A DNA stretch of 64,000 bases, from IMG/VR virus record IMGVR_UViG_3300010352_001202; one strand, written 5' to 3'. Positions 47,448-57,071 of this stretch are shown here, one piece after another. This DNA comes from a virus (Duplodnaviria > Caudoviricetes). Positions within the stretch are counted from its first letter, which is position 1, and every line of letters begins with the position of its first letter. Under the pieces are notes generated by a model that was not told where the DNA came from, searched no databases, and saw only the letters and a list, made by a program, of their open reading frames with translations. The position numbers and the translations under genes were made by a program.

Positions 47448-48281
47448 ATGTCTAACACAGAAAGGGACACACAAGTGGACAACGCACTTATCACGGAAAT
47501 TGAACAAAAGAAAGAAAAGTTTGGTGGATGGATCAAGCTCGGCGCCCTGGCGGTAGTCGGCCTGCTTGTTGCCCCGTTTATCATGCTGTCAATCGGCGGC
47601 CTCATCGGCCTTGGTGTTGCAGCAGCCGTCGGATTTACGCTGGTGCAACTTGCTCCTGTATTTGCACTCAAGGTTGCAAACTGGAAATATCGGCTGATTG
47701 ATGCAGAGAAGGTGGCGCATGTAAAGGCAGTTACCAATGCTGCTGCAGAAAATCCGATTGAGACGCTTACCAACTTGCTGATTGCTAAGAAGGGCGCGTT
47801 TAACGAGTTCAAGATGGCAGTGGAACAAGCAGTTACTGCACGCTCCAACTTCAAAACGAAGGTTGAAAAGTTCAAGCAACGCTATCCCGCCCGAGCCGCC
47901 GAATTCGAGGCACAACTTGCACGAATGACCGATTTGGTCGAACGCAAGAAGAAAGCTCTTGGTGATGCAAGGCAATCACTAGAGGATGGTGACATGAAGC
48001 TTGAGGAAATGAAGGCTTACTACGAGATGTCTAAGGATGCAATTGAAGCCAACCGTGCTGCTGGTATGGATACTGGTGACGCATTCGAGAAGTTGAAGGC
48101 CGATACAGCATGTGACGCAGTGTTTGAATCCATGAATATGGCATTCGCTCAACTTGAAGTTGCTGCTGCAATCGATGTGGAAGCGGATGACAAGCCTGCC
48201 CAAGGTGTTGCACAATTAGGTCATAGCGAACCTGTTGTACTCGAAGTACCGGTTACCCAAACACAGAAAGTGAGTCGATAA
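47448..48281 (+). CDS. Membrane-anchored coiled-coil protein
   Basis: Two TMs then a long helical domain. Confidence 0.7.
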   Translation: MSNTERDTQVDNALITEIEQKKEKFGGWIKLGALAVVGLLVAPFIMLSIGGLIGLGVAAAVGFTLVQLAPVFALKVANWKYRLIDAEKVAHVKAVTNAAAENPIETLTNLLIAKKGAFNEFKMAVEQAVTARSNFKTKVEKFKQRYPARAAEFEAQLARMTDLVERKKKALGDARQSLEDGDMKLEEMKAYYEMSKDAIEANRAAGMDTGDAFEKLKADTACDAVFESMNMAFAQLEVAAAIDVEADDKPAQGVAQLGHSEPVVLEVPVTQTQKVSR

Positions 48282-48455
48282 ATGAAGTTCCGTATCTTTG
48301 GCACAATCGTTGTGCTGGCGATCCTTGGTGCGTTGGCAGTGGTTACTGGCGCACTTGACGAGAAGGGTGCAGGCCGGCATAATGCTCCTACTGCACCTGC
48401 AGACACTGGTGGCTTGCAACCCCTGAAAATCAACTAACTTTACAGAAAGAAACAT

Positions 48456-49394
48456 ATGAAACTCAAACTTATTTCCGCAGTGGCGCTCTCCCTGTTTGCA
48501 TTGACTGCTGCTCAAGCTCAACAAGTGAAGGTGGCAACCGGCGGTCCCAAGGGAACCTACCATGCGCTGTTTGCCAACATTGCCGAAAAGTGTGGCGACC
48601 AAATGGCAATGATTGAAGTGCCGTCAAGCGGTTCACTGGAAAACTTGGACAAGCTGGCCGGCAAGGAAGTCGGTGCTGCATTCATGCAAACTGATGCACT
48701 GTTTGCTTCTGCACAAGGACGCGATCTGGGCAATATCAAGACACTGGTTGCCTTCAACAAGGAATCGGTCCACGTGGTTGCTCCTGTTGCATCCGGACTA
48801 AAGACGTCGGGCAACATGATTGGCATGGGTAAGCAAGACATTGTGTTTACCAATGTCGAAGACTTGGCAGGCTACAAGGTTGCTGCTGCTGGCGGCTCGG
48901 TGATTACTGCCCAAGTTCTGCAAGGTCAGGGCCAGGTGAAGTGGACAATTGTTCCTGTTGACTCAAACGATGCTGCGATTGCTGCTATCAAGTCCGGTGC
49001 TGTTCAGGCGGCTGTGATGGTTGGTGGACAACCGCTAGGAAATGTCAAGGCGCTTGGTCCCGACATGAAGCTACTTAGTTTTAGGTCCGGTACCGTGGAT
49101 CTGTTGAAGACAGTTTACGTCGCTGATAAGTTGTCGTATCCGAAGCTCAGCACTTCTGCTGTGAGCACCATTGCTACCGAAGCATTGCTGGTTACCAGAA
49201 CTGTGAATACGCCGGATCGCGTTACCGCGCTGGCCAACTTCCGAAACTGTGTCATCAAGCATGTTCCCGAATGGCAAGATGCTGACGGTGCTCACCCGGC
49301 TTGGTCGCAAGTGGATGTTGCTAACAAGGGCAAGTGGCCATTCTACGAGTTGCCGATGCCCGCAACCGTGACAGTCACCGGCAAGAAGAAGTAA
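48456..49394 (+). CDS. TAXI-family periplasmic solute-binding protein
   Basis: Signal peptide; VATGGPKGTY, GSLENL, MQTD, E.VHVVA. Confidence 0.8.
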   Translation: MKLKLISAVALSLFALTAAQAQQVKVATGGPKGTYHALFANIAEKCGDQMAMIEVPSSGSLENLDKLAGKEVGAAFMQTDALFASAQGRDLGNIKTLVAFNKESVHVVAPVASGLKTSGNMIGMGKQDIVFTNVEDLAGYKVAAAGGSVITAQVLQGQGQVKWTIVPVDSNDAAIAAIKSGAVQAAVMVGGQPLGNVKALGPDMKLLSFRSGTVDLLKTVYVADKLSYPKLSTSAVSTIATEALLVTRTVNTPDRVTALANFRNCVIKHVPEWQDADGAHPAWSQVDVANKGKWPFYELPMPATVTVTGKKK

Positions 49395-49411
49395 GAGATA
49401 AATAAGAATCT

Positions 49412-49588
49412 AGGATAGGTACAGCAAACAAAATAATAAAGCAACTGGCAGCTTATAAACTGCCTATTATTGGAAGAAACCAAGTTTGTGTCGGACAAGA
49501 TTCCGAATCGAGCGTAAGCGATTTACGATAGGGAGGTGGGTTTGATAGGCCCTCCAGAATAATAATCAAACCGTTACCAACTATCCTG
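49412..49588 (+). ncRNA. Long CAGCAA-family RNA
   Basis: AGGATAG/CTATCCT-G, GTACAGCAA, several internal hairpins. Confidence 0.75.
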
Positions 49589-49590
49589 TA

Positions 49591-50076
49591 ATGACACCGC
49601 TTATAATAAGCGGTGTCGCCTTTTATAATACAGGCATGGGCCGACTAGTCGAACTAAAAGACATTGATCTTACACCGCATTGGTATTTTTCCGACACATG
49701 GTATAGTACCGACGGTCGCAGATATGTGTATAAGTGGCCAAGCCCGGATTTCCCGCACCAAGTGTCAATTCATGCAGATGATATTGATCGTGACCATGCA
49801 CTAAAAATCAAAATTAGGCGGTGGATTGAAAGAAATCTTTCCGAGACTGTTATATTTTCCGAAGTACAAAAGAACTATCGAATATATTACGGTGAAGAAA
49901 GAGATTGGGATCACAGCTACGAAAGAAGAAATGAGTGGTATGTGTTCCACTTTGAGGATGAACATAGTGCCACAATATTCCGATTAGCATTTTCGGATTT
50001 AGTGAAAGAGATAACAGAGTTACACCCAGACAAGGAAGACGAATATGAGAAAACTAGCTACCATAAGAACTATTAG
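49591..50076 (+). CDS. Hypothetical protein
   Basis: ORF track. Confidence 0.6.
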   Translation: MTPLIISGVAFYNTGMGRLVELKDIDLTPHWYFSDTWYSTDGRRYVYKWPSPDFPHQVSIHADDIDRDHALKIKIRRWIERNLSETVIFSEVQKNYRIYYGEERDWDHSYERRNEWYVFHFEDEHSATIFRLAFSDLVKEITELHPDKEDEYEKTSYHKNY

Positions 50077-50117
50077 CGATAATTGATGGTTGGCAGATAT
50101 ATTTGGTAAATAAGCAT

Positions 50118-50684
50118 ATGAAATACTATACCATTTATAAGACAACCTGCCAACCAACCGGTAAAATATATATTGGTCAACATACAACTTCTAAGATTGA
50201 TGACAGATATATAGGATCTGGTAAAATTATAAAAAATGCTATAAAGAAATATGGAAGACATAACTTTACAAAAGATATTTTAGAAGTCTGTGATACATTA
50301 GAAATACAAAATATTAGAGAAGAATATTGGATACAACTGTTTGATTCGCGTAATCCAGAAATAGGATATAATATAGATACCGGCGGCTATTTAGGTCCGC
50401 GAAGTGATCTGGCAAGAAAAAATATTTCTAATGCAAATAAGTCCGCTGACAAAAGAAATAAAATATCAGTTACACTAATGAATCATGTTGTAAAAGATAT
50501 CACTAGAGATAAAATAAGAGAATCTATTTTACCTACCATGACTCCGGAAAGAAAACAATTCCAGCGGAATAATATGTTAGGTAGGAAAAAAATGAGATGC
50601 ATTGAGACTGGAAAATGTTCTCATATACGAGCAGATGATATACAACACTACATAAACAACGGATGGATATTATGCGTAAATTAG
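50118..50684 (+). CDS. GIY-YIG (Seg-like) endonuclease
   Basis: IYKTT...GKIYIGQH...YIGSG...GYN. Confidence 0.88.
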   Translation: MKYYTIYKTTCQPTGKIYIGQHTTSKIDDRYIGSGKIIKNAIKKYGRHNFTKDILEVCDTLEIQNIREEYWIQLFDSRNPEIGYNIDTGGYLGPRSDLARKNISNANKSADKRNKISVTLMNHVVKDITRDKIRESILPTMTPERKQFQRNNMLGRKKMRCIETGKCSHIRADDIQHYINNGWILCVN

Positions 50685-51760
50685 CCACTATTAGACAAAT
50701 CTTAGATTTGAGACCCATACCCGGCGCCGACCAGATAGAGTTGGCAGTTGTAGATGGGTGGACTGTGGTAGTTAGAGTCGGAGAATTCAAACGCGGCGAT
50801 CCCTGCGTGTATTTTGAGATCGATAGCTTCCTGCCATTGCGTCCAGAGTTTGAACACATTCGTGCCCGTTGCTTCAAGAGAATGGGTGAACAGGAAGGGC
50901 TGCGTATCAAAACCATCCGTTTGCGTGGCCAGCTTAGCCAAGGCATGGCCTTACCGCTGACATCTTTTCCGGAAATTATTACCGAGTGGGACAGGCTGTG
51001 CAATGAAGGGCTGAAAGCAGCAAACACAACTATCCATGACGTTGACTTTTCCGAACTATTGGGTGTACAGAAGTACGAACCTCCTGTTCCTACACAGTTG
51101 GCTGGTAATGTCTCTGGAAATTTCCCCGGATTTATTCCAAAGACAGATCAAGAGCGTTGCCAAAACTATGGAAGAGAAATCTTTGTCGACAACGAAGGTG
51201 CTCGTTATGAGATTACTGTCAAGTTGGATGGTACATCTTTTACTGGGTATCGCAAAGACGAGGAAGACGGTGTCTGTGGCCGTAACTGGAAGCTGAAAGT
51301 TGATGACGACAATGCTACAAACTCCTTGGTTCGCATGTATGTAGACAGCGGATTACAAGCAGCATTAGCCAAATTAGGCATGAACTACGCTGTACAAGGT
51401 GAGCTCATGGGCCCTGGCATACAGAAGAATCGTGAGGGCTTTAAGATCACGAAACTGTTTGTGTTCGATATTTACGATATCGATAATGGATGCTATCTTG
51501 CTCCACATGCAAGGCACGAGGTGTTGTATCAACTGTGGGATTTGGGATTGGACCGTGATATGGTTGACCATGTTCCGGTGATCGCAATGGAAATGCCATT
51601 GGAAGAACTTGGCATCGAAAGTGTAGATCAACTCCTGGCTTATGCAGAAGGTCCGAGTATCGCTCACGCCATACGTGAAGGACTTGTGTTCAAACGAGTG
51701 GACGGTGGATTTAGCTTCAAGGCCATTAGCAACAAGTTCTTGCTGAAGGAAGAGGACTAA
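50672..51760 (+). CDS. ATP-dependent RNA ligase (Rnl2/DRB0094-like)
   Basis: RKLATI N-terminal module; KLDGTS, QGELMG, FVFDI, REGLVFK, FKAISN.FLL. Confidence 0.9.
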   Translation: MRKLATIRQILDLRPIPGADQIELAVVDGWTVVVRVGEFKRGDPCVYFEIDSFLPLRPEFEHIRARCFKRMGEQEGLRIKTIRLRGQLSQGMALPLTSFPEIITEWDRLCNEGLKAANTTIHDVDFSELLGVQKYEPPVPTQLAGNVSGNFPGFIPKTDQERCQNYGREIFVDNEGARYEITVKLDGTSFTGYRKDEEDGVCGRNWKLKVDDDNATNSLVRMYVDSGLQAALAKLGMNYAVQGELMGPGIQKNREGFKITKLFVFDIYDIDNGCYLAPHARHEVLYQLWDLGLDRDMVDHVPVIAMEMPLEELGIESVDQLLAYAEGPSIAHAIREGLVFKRVDGGFSFKAISNKFLLKEED

Positions 51761-51791
51761 TTTGTGATAAATAGCGTATCAAGGATACGCT

Positions 51792-52565
51792 ATGAGATTG
51801 CAAGAACTTTTCCTCGTTGAAACCACAGAAGAAGACAGGGCTATTATATCCCTGTCTACCGTCGTTTATGCATACCTAAAGAAGTATGCAGGTAAGAAGC
51901 TAAAAGATGGCGAAGTAATAAATGTAGGAACAGTGGGTCAACTGTTTGATACACCAATCAATATTTTAGATCCAGTTGAGATTCAACTATGGAATCATAA
52001 CGACATTCTAAAAGCATTCCCACAGCAGGCATCTGATGCAGATCAAGAAGATCCGGAAGAGGATGATCGCAATATTCTAGGTTTCTGGGATCCACAATCG
52101 GAAATTGTAGCACTGAATATTGATTACCTTGAATCAAATAGTCTAAAGGGTGCAGTAACACACGAATTGCGCCATGCGTTGGATGATTATAAGTCCGAGT
52201 TCAGGGCAGGTTCAAGCACAAGATACGACACACCGAAGAAAAAGGAACACAGAAAGGATCTATCAAATGATCCGTATGCGTCTGAGCTTGAGAAGAAGAA
52301 GCCTTACCACGCCAAGCCGGCCGAGATCAATGCCCGATTTGCAGAGGTACTGCATGGTGTGACTTTCCAGATAAAGCATTCTATGAAGTATCCACCAGAC
52401 CAAATCCGACCGAGAGTGATGAAGTTATTCATGAAGCTTCTAGACATGAAGCACATAGCTCACTTATTTCCAGAGAAAACACAATCTAAAGATTACAAGC
52501 GTTTGGTAAAACGCGGTATGGATTTTATAGATAAAGAGCTAGCACACCTCCAATCTCAAAAATGA
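51792..52565 (+). CDS. HExxH metalloprotease-like protein
   Basis: HELRHALD...Y...P.EI.AR. Confidence 0.6.
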   Translation: MRLQELFLVETTEEDRAIISLSTVVYAYLKKYAGKKLKDGEVINVGTVGQLFDTPINILDPVEIQLWNHNDILKAFPQQASDADQEDPEEDDRNILGFWDPQSEIVALNIDYLESNSLKGAVTHELRHALDDYKSEFRAGSSTRYDTPKKKEHRKDLSNDPYASELEKKKPYHAKPAEINARFAEVLHGVTFQIKHSMKYPPDQIRPRVMKLFMKLLDMKHIAHLFPEKTQSKDYKRLVKRGMDFIDKELAHLQSQK

Positions 52566-52599
52566 TGTCTTTTTAACCTATTTCTGCAATGGTTATAGG

Positions 52600-52628
52600 T
52601 TGACAATATAAATAAAGCACACTATAAT
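52600..52628 (+). promoter_or_regulatory. Consensus sigma70 promoter with nested TATAAATA, upstream of a CAGCAA RNA
   Basis: TTGACA-N17-TATAAT. Confidence 0.8.
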
Positions 52629-52643
52629 AGTGGCTACTTACAA

Positions 52644-52850
52644 AGAGTGGATACAGCAAACAAACCGACGCTGAAAGGCGACTATGGTGTTGATGTCGAT
52701 CTTACATGTGGAGGGTTTACCCGATGAAGCATAGTAAGGCCATCGCTCAACAAACTTCCTAGGACGAAGCAAAAGGTTCGAACTCGGGGTAAGGCCCGAA
52801 AGCAAACTAGTAATCCTTGTGGTGAAACATTTGTCCCTTACACCACTCTG
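52644..52850 (+). ncRNA. Long CAGCAA-family RNA
   Basis: AGAGTGG/CCACTCT-G, ATACAGCAA. Confidence 0.75.
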
Positions 52851-52876
52851 TTTTCAATATCTAAATACAGACATAC

Positions 52877-53260
52877 ATGACAGTAAGTATTTCCTATTCC
52901 CTCGGAGCATTACACGAAGCTGCCAGATTTATTTGGGAGAATAATGAAAGTGTTCTAAACTGGCCTTGTTCCCCAACTTCGGCGTTTGATGTAATGACGC
53001 AAATTAGGGATATGATGGTCAAGGGAGCATTGGAAAATGCTGAGTTCTTAAAGAAAGAAAAGAACAAAACTTTATCAGCCGATGACGATTGGATGACATT
53101 CAATGGTACCGGCGGATATTATGTCCTGTATGAGCTCTTAAGTGAAGAAGATGATGAAGAAGTGCGCATCGGTATCGACATTTTGGTTGATCCCTCGGTT
53201 AGTCATCCTAACCCCCGGTACGTAACAGAAGTCGTTGACAACACAGAAGAGACTGTATAA
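52877..53260 (+). CDS. Hypothetical protein
   Basis: ORF track. Confidence 0.65.
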   Translation: MTVSISYSLGALHEAARFIWENNESVLNWPCSPTSAFDVMTQIRDMMVKGALENAEFLKKEKNKTLSADDDWMTFNGTGGYYVLYELLSEEDDEEVRIGIDILVDPSVSHPNPRYVTEVVDNTEETV

Positions 53261-53280
53261 ACTAGAGACTTACTTGCTAA

Positions 53281-53390
53281 AGATTAGGTACAGCAAAAAA
53301 TAAAATTAGCATATTAGGGCACACTCGAAAGGGTGTATAACTAAGAACCTTTCTGAAGGGGAAAGCAAAAACTCGTCAAAACCTAATCTG
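53281..53390 (+). ncRNA. CAGCAA-family RNA
   Basis: AGATTAGG/CCTAATCT-G, TACAGCAA, GNRA hairpin. Confidence 0.75.
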
Positions 53391-53400
53391 ATCTAATTTT

Positions 53401-54024
53401 ATGTATGGACATTGGATTACAAAGATAGAATTTAATCCGGATGATTATATCGGGTTTGTTTATCTTGTGATTAATGTTCTTACAGATCAAAAATATATCG
53501 GCAAGAAAAATTTCAGAGTTAATACACGAACCACAGAAAGGTGGGAAGAGTATACTTCGAGTTCGAAGTATCTAACTAAAGATATTTTAAAATTAGGAAA
53601 AGAAAATTTTCGATTTGAGATTTTATTTCTGTGTAAAACAAAAGAAGAATTAGATAATTTAGAAATAGAAGAACAAAAAAGAAGAAATATACTTAGATCC
53701 TTATTGCCTAACGGCACACGAGAATATTATAATAGGTATATACATAAGGTCGGTCTTAGCACAAATGGGGCTAAATTTAGCGAAGATGTAAAAGAAAAAA
53801 TGCGTAAAACACATACTGGTGTTCCGCATAATTCTAAAGATAAGAAAGTATATCAGTTTAAAGATACAAACACTGGTATTGTCCAAAATTGGACAAGAAA
53901 AGAATTCCAAAATATAGTGGGTGCTGATCCCTGTAAATTAGTTATAGGTAAGGCAAAATCTGTAAGAAAATGGATTTGTTTAGATCCGATTGATGGGATA
54001 AGGAATTATCCTAAGAGAAAGTAA
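53401..54024 (+). CDS. GIY-YIG-like endonuclease
   Basis: GFVYLVIN...KYIGKK...W..Y.SSS. Confidence 0.8.
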   Translation: MYGHWITKIEFNPDDYIGFVYLVINVLTDQKYIGKKNFRVNTRTTERWEEYTSSSKYLTKDILKLGKENFRFEILFLCKTKEELDNLEIEEQKRRNILRSLLPNGTREYYNRYIHKVGLSTNGAKFSEDVKEKMRKTHTGVPHNSKDKKVYQFKDTNTGIVQNWTRKEFQNIVGADPCKLVIGKAKSVRKWICLDPIDGIRNYPKRK

Positions 54025-54030
54025 TTTTAA

Positions 54031-54150
54031 AGATTCCGTTCCGCAACTAAAATTAATAAACCGAGGTATGTGGGTTCGAGCCCCACTCTCATTGGCAACA
54101 GTGAGATAGTCGAATTGGTATAGACATTGGTCAAATAAAAAGCGAATCTG
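54031..54150 (+). ncRNA. YrlA-like RNA: CAGCAA-family stem plus permuted tRNA domain
   Basis: AGATTC/GAATCT-G, TTCCGCAA; ACCGA/TTGGT; T arm GTGGGTTCGAGCCCCAC; closed acceptor TCTCATT/AGTGAGA; D arm GTCGAATTGGTATAGAC. Confidence 0.85.
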
Positions 54151-54152
54151 AT

Positions 54153-54497
54153 ATGAAAAATACATACACATTTTTAGTCCTAATTTCTGCAATGTGTTCA
54201 TCATTTGCCGGTCCACCTAAAAATAATGTCGAGCTTGAAGATAAATGTTATGCATTGCTAAAACCTCATATTGAAGGTGCGACAATAAAAGGTGTTAGAT
54301 GGAATAGATACGGCGATGAAGTATCGTTTTCTCTTTCTAAGAATGTAGGATATAATCTGACAAGTTTTGCAGAATGTTACATCGATAACGGGGATGTAAA
54401 ACGGCGCTTTGAATCAAAGGCCGAAGGAAAGATCCGTTACGCCGAGGAACAACGAAAGCGTGCCGAAGAAGAAAAGAAATTAAGAAGATTTAAATAA
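54153..54497 (+). CDS. Secreted/lipoprotein-like hypothetical protein
   Basis: Hydrophobic N-terminus. Confidence 0.55.
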   Translation: MKNTYTFLVLISAMCSSFAGPPKNNVELEDKCYALLKPHIEGATIKGVRWNRYGDEVSFSLSKNVGYNLTSFAECYIDNGDVKRRFESKAEGKIRYAEEQRKRAEEEKKLRRFK

Positions 54498-54499
54498 TT

Positions 54500-54691
54500 A
54501 TGGGATTTAGATTTCGTAAAAGTATAAAGGTTGGTGGAATTAAGTTAAATCTTGGTAAGACCGGATTAACCAGTGTTTCGGTAAAACCGACTAAAAATAC
54601 AAATATCTCAGCAGGTAAGACCGGAGTCACCGGATCTGTATCTTGGTTAGGCACCGGACTTAGTTATATTTTCAAGATATTCAAATGGTAA
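54500..54691 (+). CDS. DUF4236-like small protein
   Basis: MGFRFRKSIKV.G.KLNL.K.G...GTGLSY. Confidence 0.75.
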   Translation: MGFRFRKSIKVGGIKLNLGKTGLTSVSVKPTKNTNISAGKTGVTGSVSWLGTGLSYIFKIFKW

Positions 54692-54693
54692 AA

Positions 54694-54876
54694 ATGAAAG
54701 CATTAGTTCTTTTGGCAGCTATATTCTTGGCAACCTCAGCAAGTGCTACAGGTGGTAGATTAAATAGCAAGGGATGTCATAATAGTAAGAAGGTCGGATA
54801 TCATTGCCATAGAAGTCAAGATAAACCTGCACCTGTTAAGAAAGAAAAAGTTATTCCAAAGAAGAATAAACAATAA
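54694..54876 (+). CDS. YHYH-type small secreted protein
   Basis: GGRLNSKGCH...GYHCH. Confidence 0.75.
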   Translation: MKALVLLAAIFLATSASATGGRLNSKGCHNSKKVGYHCHRSQDKPAPVKKEKVIPKKNKQ

Positions 54877-54909
54877 AGAATTTTGACAGCAACTTAAAAT
54901 AAAATTCTG
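54877..54909 (+). promoter_or_regulatory. Minimal CAGCAA element in the leader of the DUF2828 gene
   Basis: AGAATTTT-GACAGCAA-CTTAAAAT-AAAATTCT-G immediately before RBS GGAG. Confidence 0.75.
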
Positions 54910-54924
54910 AACGGAGAAACAAAA

Positions 54925-56313
54925 ATGACAACACTATTTGAAGCAGTAAACGCAAACGCAACAACAGCAAACGGGGCCGTGACAAACGCATCGTCTCTAA
55001 ATAAAAATGTGGACCTTTTCTTCCTTGCTGGTGCAAGCCGCGGTAAGGATATCACTTCTACCTTCGCCGGAGCCTTCGTTGAAGACTCCGAAGTTGCAAC
55101 TCGTATCCTTCAGTGGGCACGTGATGCACGCGGTGGAGCAGGTGAGCGTGAAACTTTCCGTAAGTTGTTCGGCTATCTGTTGAAGAACGAAATCGCAATC
55201 GCTTCTCGCGTGCTTGTAAAGGCACCTGAGCTTGGCCGTTGGGACGACGTTTTGATCGCCTTCGGTACACCTATCGAGCGTGAAGCTCTGCGTATGATCG
55301 CCTTTGCTTTGAACGAAGTAAAGGATGGTCTGTGCGCAAAGTGGATGCCGCGTCAGGGTGCGGAAGCGAACAAGATTCGCTCGTACATGAAGTTGACTCC
55401 GAAGCAATATCGTAAGCTCTTGGTTGGCTTGTCCAACACTGTTGAGCAGAAGATGTGTGCCCAGGATTGGACTGGAATCGTGTATCCGCATGTTCCGTCG
55501 GTTGCTGCTGGTCGTTACCAGAAGGCTTTCTTGAAGCACGATCCTTCGGGATATGCGAAGTACAAGGAAAAGCTGGTTTCGGGCGAAGCGAAGATCAACG
55601 CATCGGTTGCTTACCCGTACGACGTGATTCGTTCACTTCGTAACGGCGATAAGGTTGTTGCTAACGCACAATGGGATGCATTGCCAAACTATCTTGAAGG
55701 TTCGGACGAAAACATCCTCCCGGTTGTTGACGTTTCGGGTTCTATGGATTTCCAAGTGTCTGGTAGCGTAACTGCTATGGACGTTGCGATCTCCTTGGGA
55801 TTGTACACTTCGGAACGTATGGGTGGTGTGTTCAAGGACCAGTTCGTGACATTCTCGAGCCAGCCGGAAATGCTGCACTTGAAGGGCAACCTTCAACAGC
55901 GTTATGACGCAATGGCTCGTTCCAACTGGGCAATGAGCACAGATATCCAGGCTGTGTTCAAGTTGATCTTGACTTCGGCAACGAAGCATAAGGTTGCTCA
56001 GAAGGAAATGCCGACAAAGATCCTGATCTTGTCGGACATGGAATTCAACACTTGCGTTACTGGCGGAACAAGCGTTAGCGCAATGAACATGATTGAGAAG
56101 GAATATGCTGCCGCAGGGTACAAGGTTCCGCAGGTTGTGTTCTGGAACCTGAAGGGTCGTGCTGGAAACAGCCCGGTTACCTACAACCAGTCCGGAACTG
56201 CACTTGTGTCGGGCTTCTCTCCGAGCATCGTTAAGTCGGTACTTGGTGGTGAAGAAATGACACCGATCAGCATCATGCTGAAGACTGTAATGGTCCAGAG
56301 ATACGACTTCTAA
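54925..56313 (+). CDS. DUF2828-family protein (Ro60/TROVE-like helical domain + vWA)
   Basis: T.NGA, RD.RGG.GER, GRWDD, AKWMPR, VDVSGSM, LSDMEF, VFWNL, SGFSP. Confidence 0.85.
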   Translation: MTTLFEAVNANATTANGAVTNASSLNKNVDLFFLAGASRGKDITSTFAGAFVEDSEVATRILQWARDARGGAGERETFRKLFGYLLKNEIAIASRVLVKAPELGRWDDVLIAFGTPIEREALRMIAFALNEVKDGLCAKWMPRQGAEANKIRSYMKLTPKQYRKLLVGLSNTVEQKMCAQDWTGIVYPHVPSVAAGRYQKAFLKHDPSGYAKYKEKLVSGEAKINASVAYPYDVIRSLRNGDKVVANAQWDALPNYLEGSDENILPVVDVSGSMDFQVSGSVTAMDVAISLGLYTSERMGGVFKDQFVTFSSQPEMLHLKGNLQQRYDAMARSNWAMSTDIQAVFKLILTSATKHKVAQKEMPTKILILSDMEFNTCVTGGTSVSAMNMIEKEYAAAGYKVPQVVFWNLKGRAGNSPVTYNQSGTALVSGFSPSIVKSVLGGEEMTPISIMLKTVMVQRYDF

Positions 56314-56330
56314 GAGGTTGTTCTCCTAAA

Positions 56331-56354
56331 AAAGGGGCAGAAACTGCCCCTTTT
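56331..56354 (+). terminator. Intrinsic terminator
   Basis: AAAGGGGCAG-AAA-CTGCCCCTTT. Confidence 0.8.
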
Positions 56355-56394
56355 CCTTTGGTTAAACCGTTATTAAAAGATAAATAGACATATA

Positions 56395-56619
56395 ATGCTA
56401 AATACAGCATATAAACATCAGGAGGTTCTTATGAACAAGTTTATCTTATCGTTGGCAGTTGTTATGGGTGCAGTTGCTCTTACAGCTTGCGGTGGTGGTT
56501 TCAGTGATTCGCCAGAACAAAAAGCATTCAAGGCTTTTGTTGAAAAGTGCAAAAAGGATCCTAGCACAGCAGATTGCAAGGCATGGAAGGAAAATAATAC
56601 TTCCCCGGGCGGCAACTAA
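56395..56619 (+). CDS. Small lipoprotein
   Basis: Lipobox LTAC. Confidence 0.7.
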   Translation: MLNTAYKHQEVLMNKFILSLAVVMGAVALTACGGGFSDSPEQKAFKAFVEKCKKDPSTADCKAWKENNTSPGGN

Positions 56620-56664
56620 AAAGTTGTAAAGAAAAGGGGCTGCAAGACAGCCCTTTTTTACGAG

Positions 56665-57057
56665 ATGAAATCTAAGTGTTTAAATTGTCTCCAAGAATTT
56701 GAATATAATCCGCATCAAAATGCAGGTTTATATTGTTCAAATTCTTGCAGAGGAATACATAAATCCAGGCTTCATAAAGAAGCCTGGTATGCAGGTACAT
56801 TAACAAAGAAGATCGATCGTCCTACTATTAGAAAATATCTAACAGAGGATCGAGGATATAATTGTGAAATATGTAAATTATCAGAATGGCAAAATCAGCC
56901 CATAACACTTGAGGTTGATCACACCGATGGAAATTCTGCAGACGATAACCCGAGTAATGTAAGATTGATATGCCCCAATTGTCACAGTCAATCACCACAT
57001 CGCGGCGCTGCCAATAAGGGTAGAGGTCGTAAATCTTTAGGACTTTCGTTATACTAG
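56665..57057 (+). CDS. HNH endonuclease
   Basis: LEVDH.DGN...N..LICPNCH. Confidence 0.9.
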   Translation: MKSKCLNCLQEFEYNPHQNAGLYCSNSCRGIHKSRLHKEAWYAGTLTKKIDRPTIRKYLTEDRGYNCEICKLSEWQNQPITLEVDHTDGNSADDNPSNVRLICPNCHSQSPHRGAANKGRGRKSLGLSLY

Positions 57058-57071
57058 ATAAATAAACATAT

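Noticed and set aside
46017-49310. Long minus-strand ORFs opposite membrane and TAXI genes
   Set aside because: Antisense shadows of codon-biased plus-strand genes, with no recognisable motifs.
4867-54909. CAGCAA repeats as a CRISPR array or T-box riboswitches
   Set aside because: The copies are dispersed, have covarying rather than identical sequence, and lack regular spacers. They show anticodon-like loops rather than specifier codons and have no T-box antiterminator.
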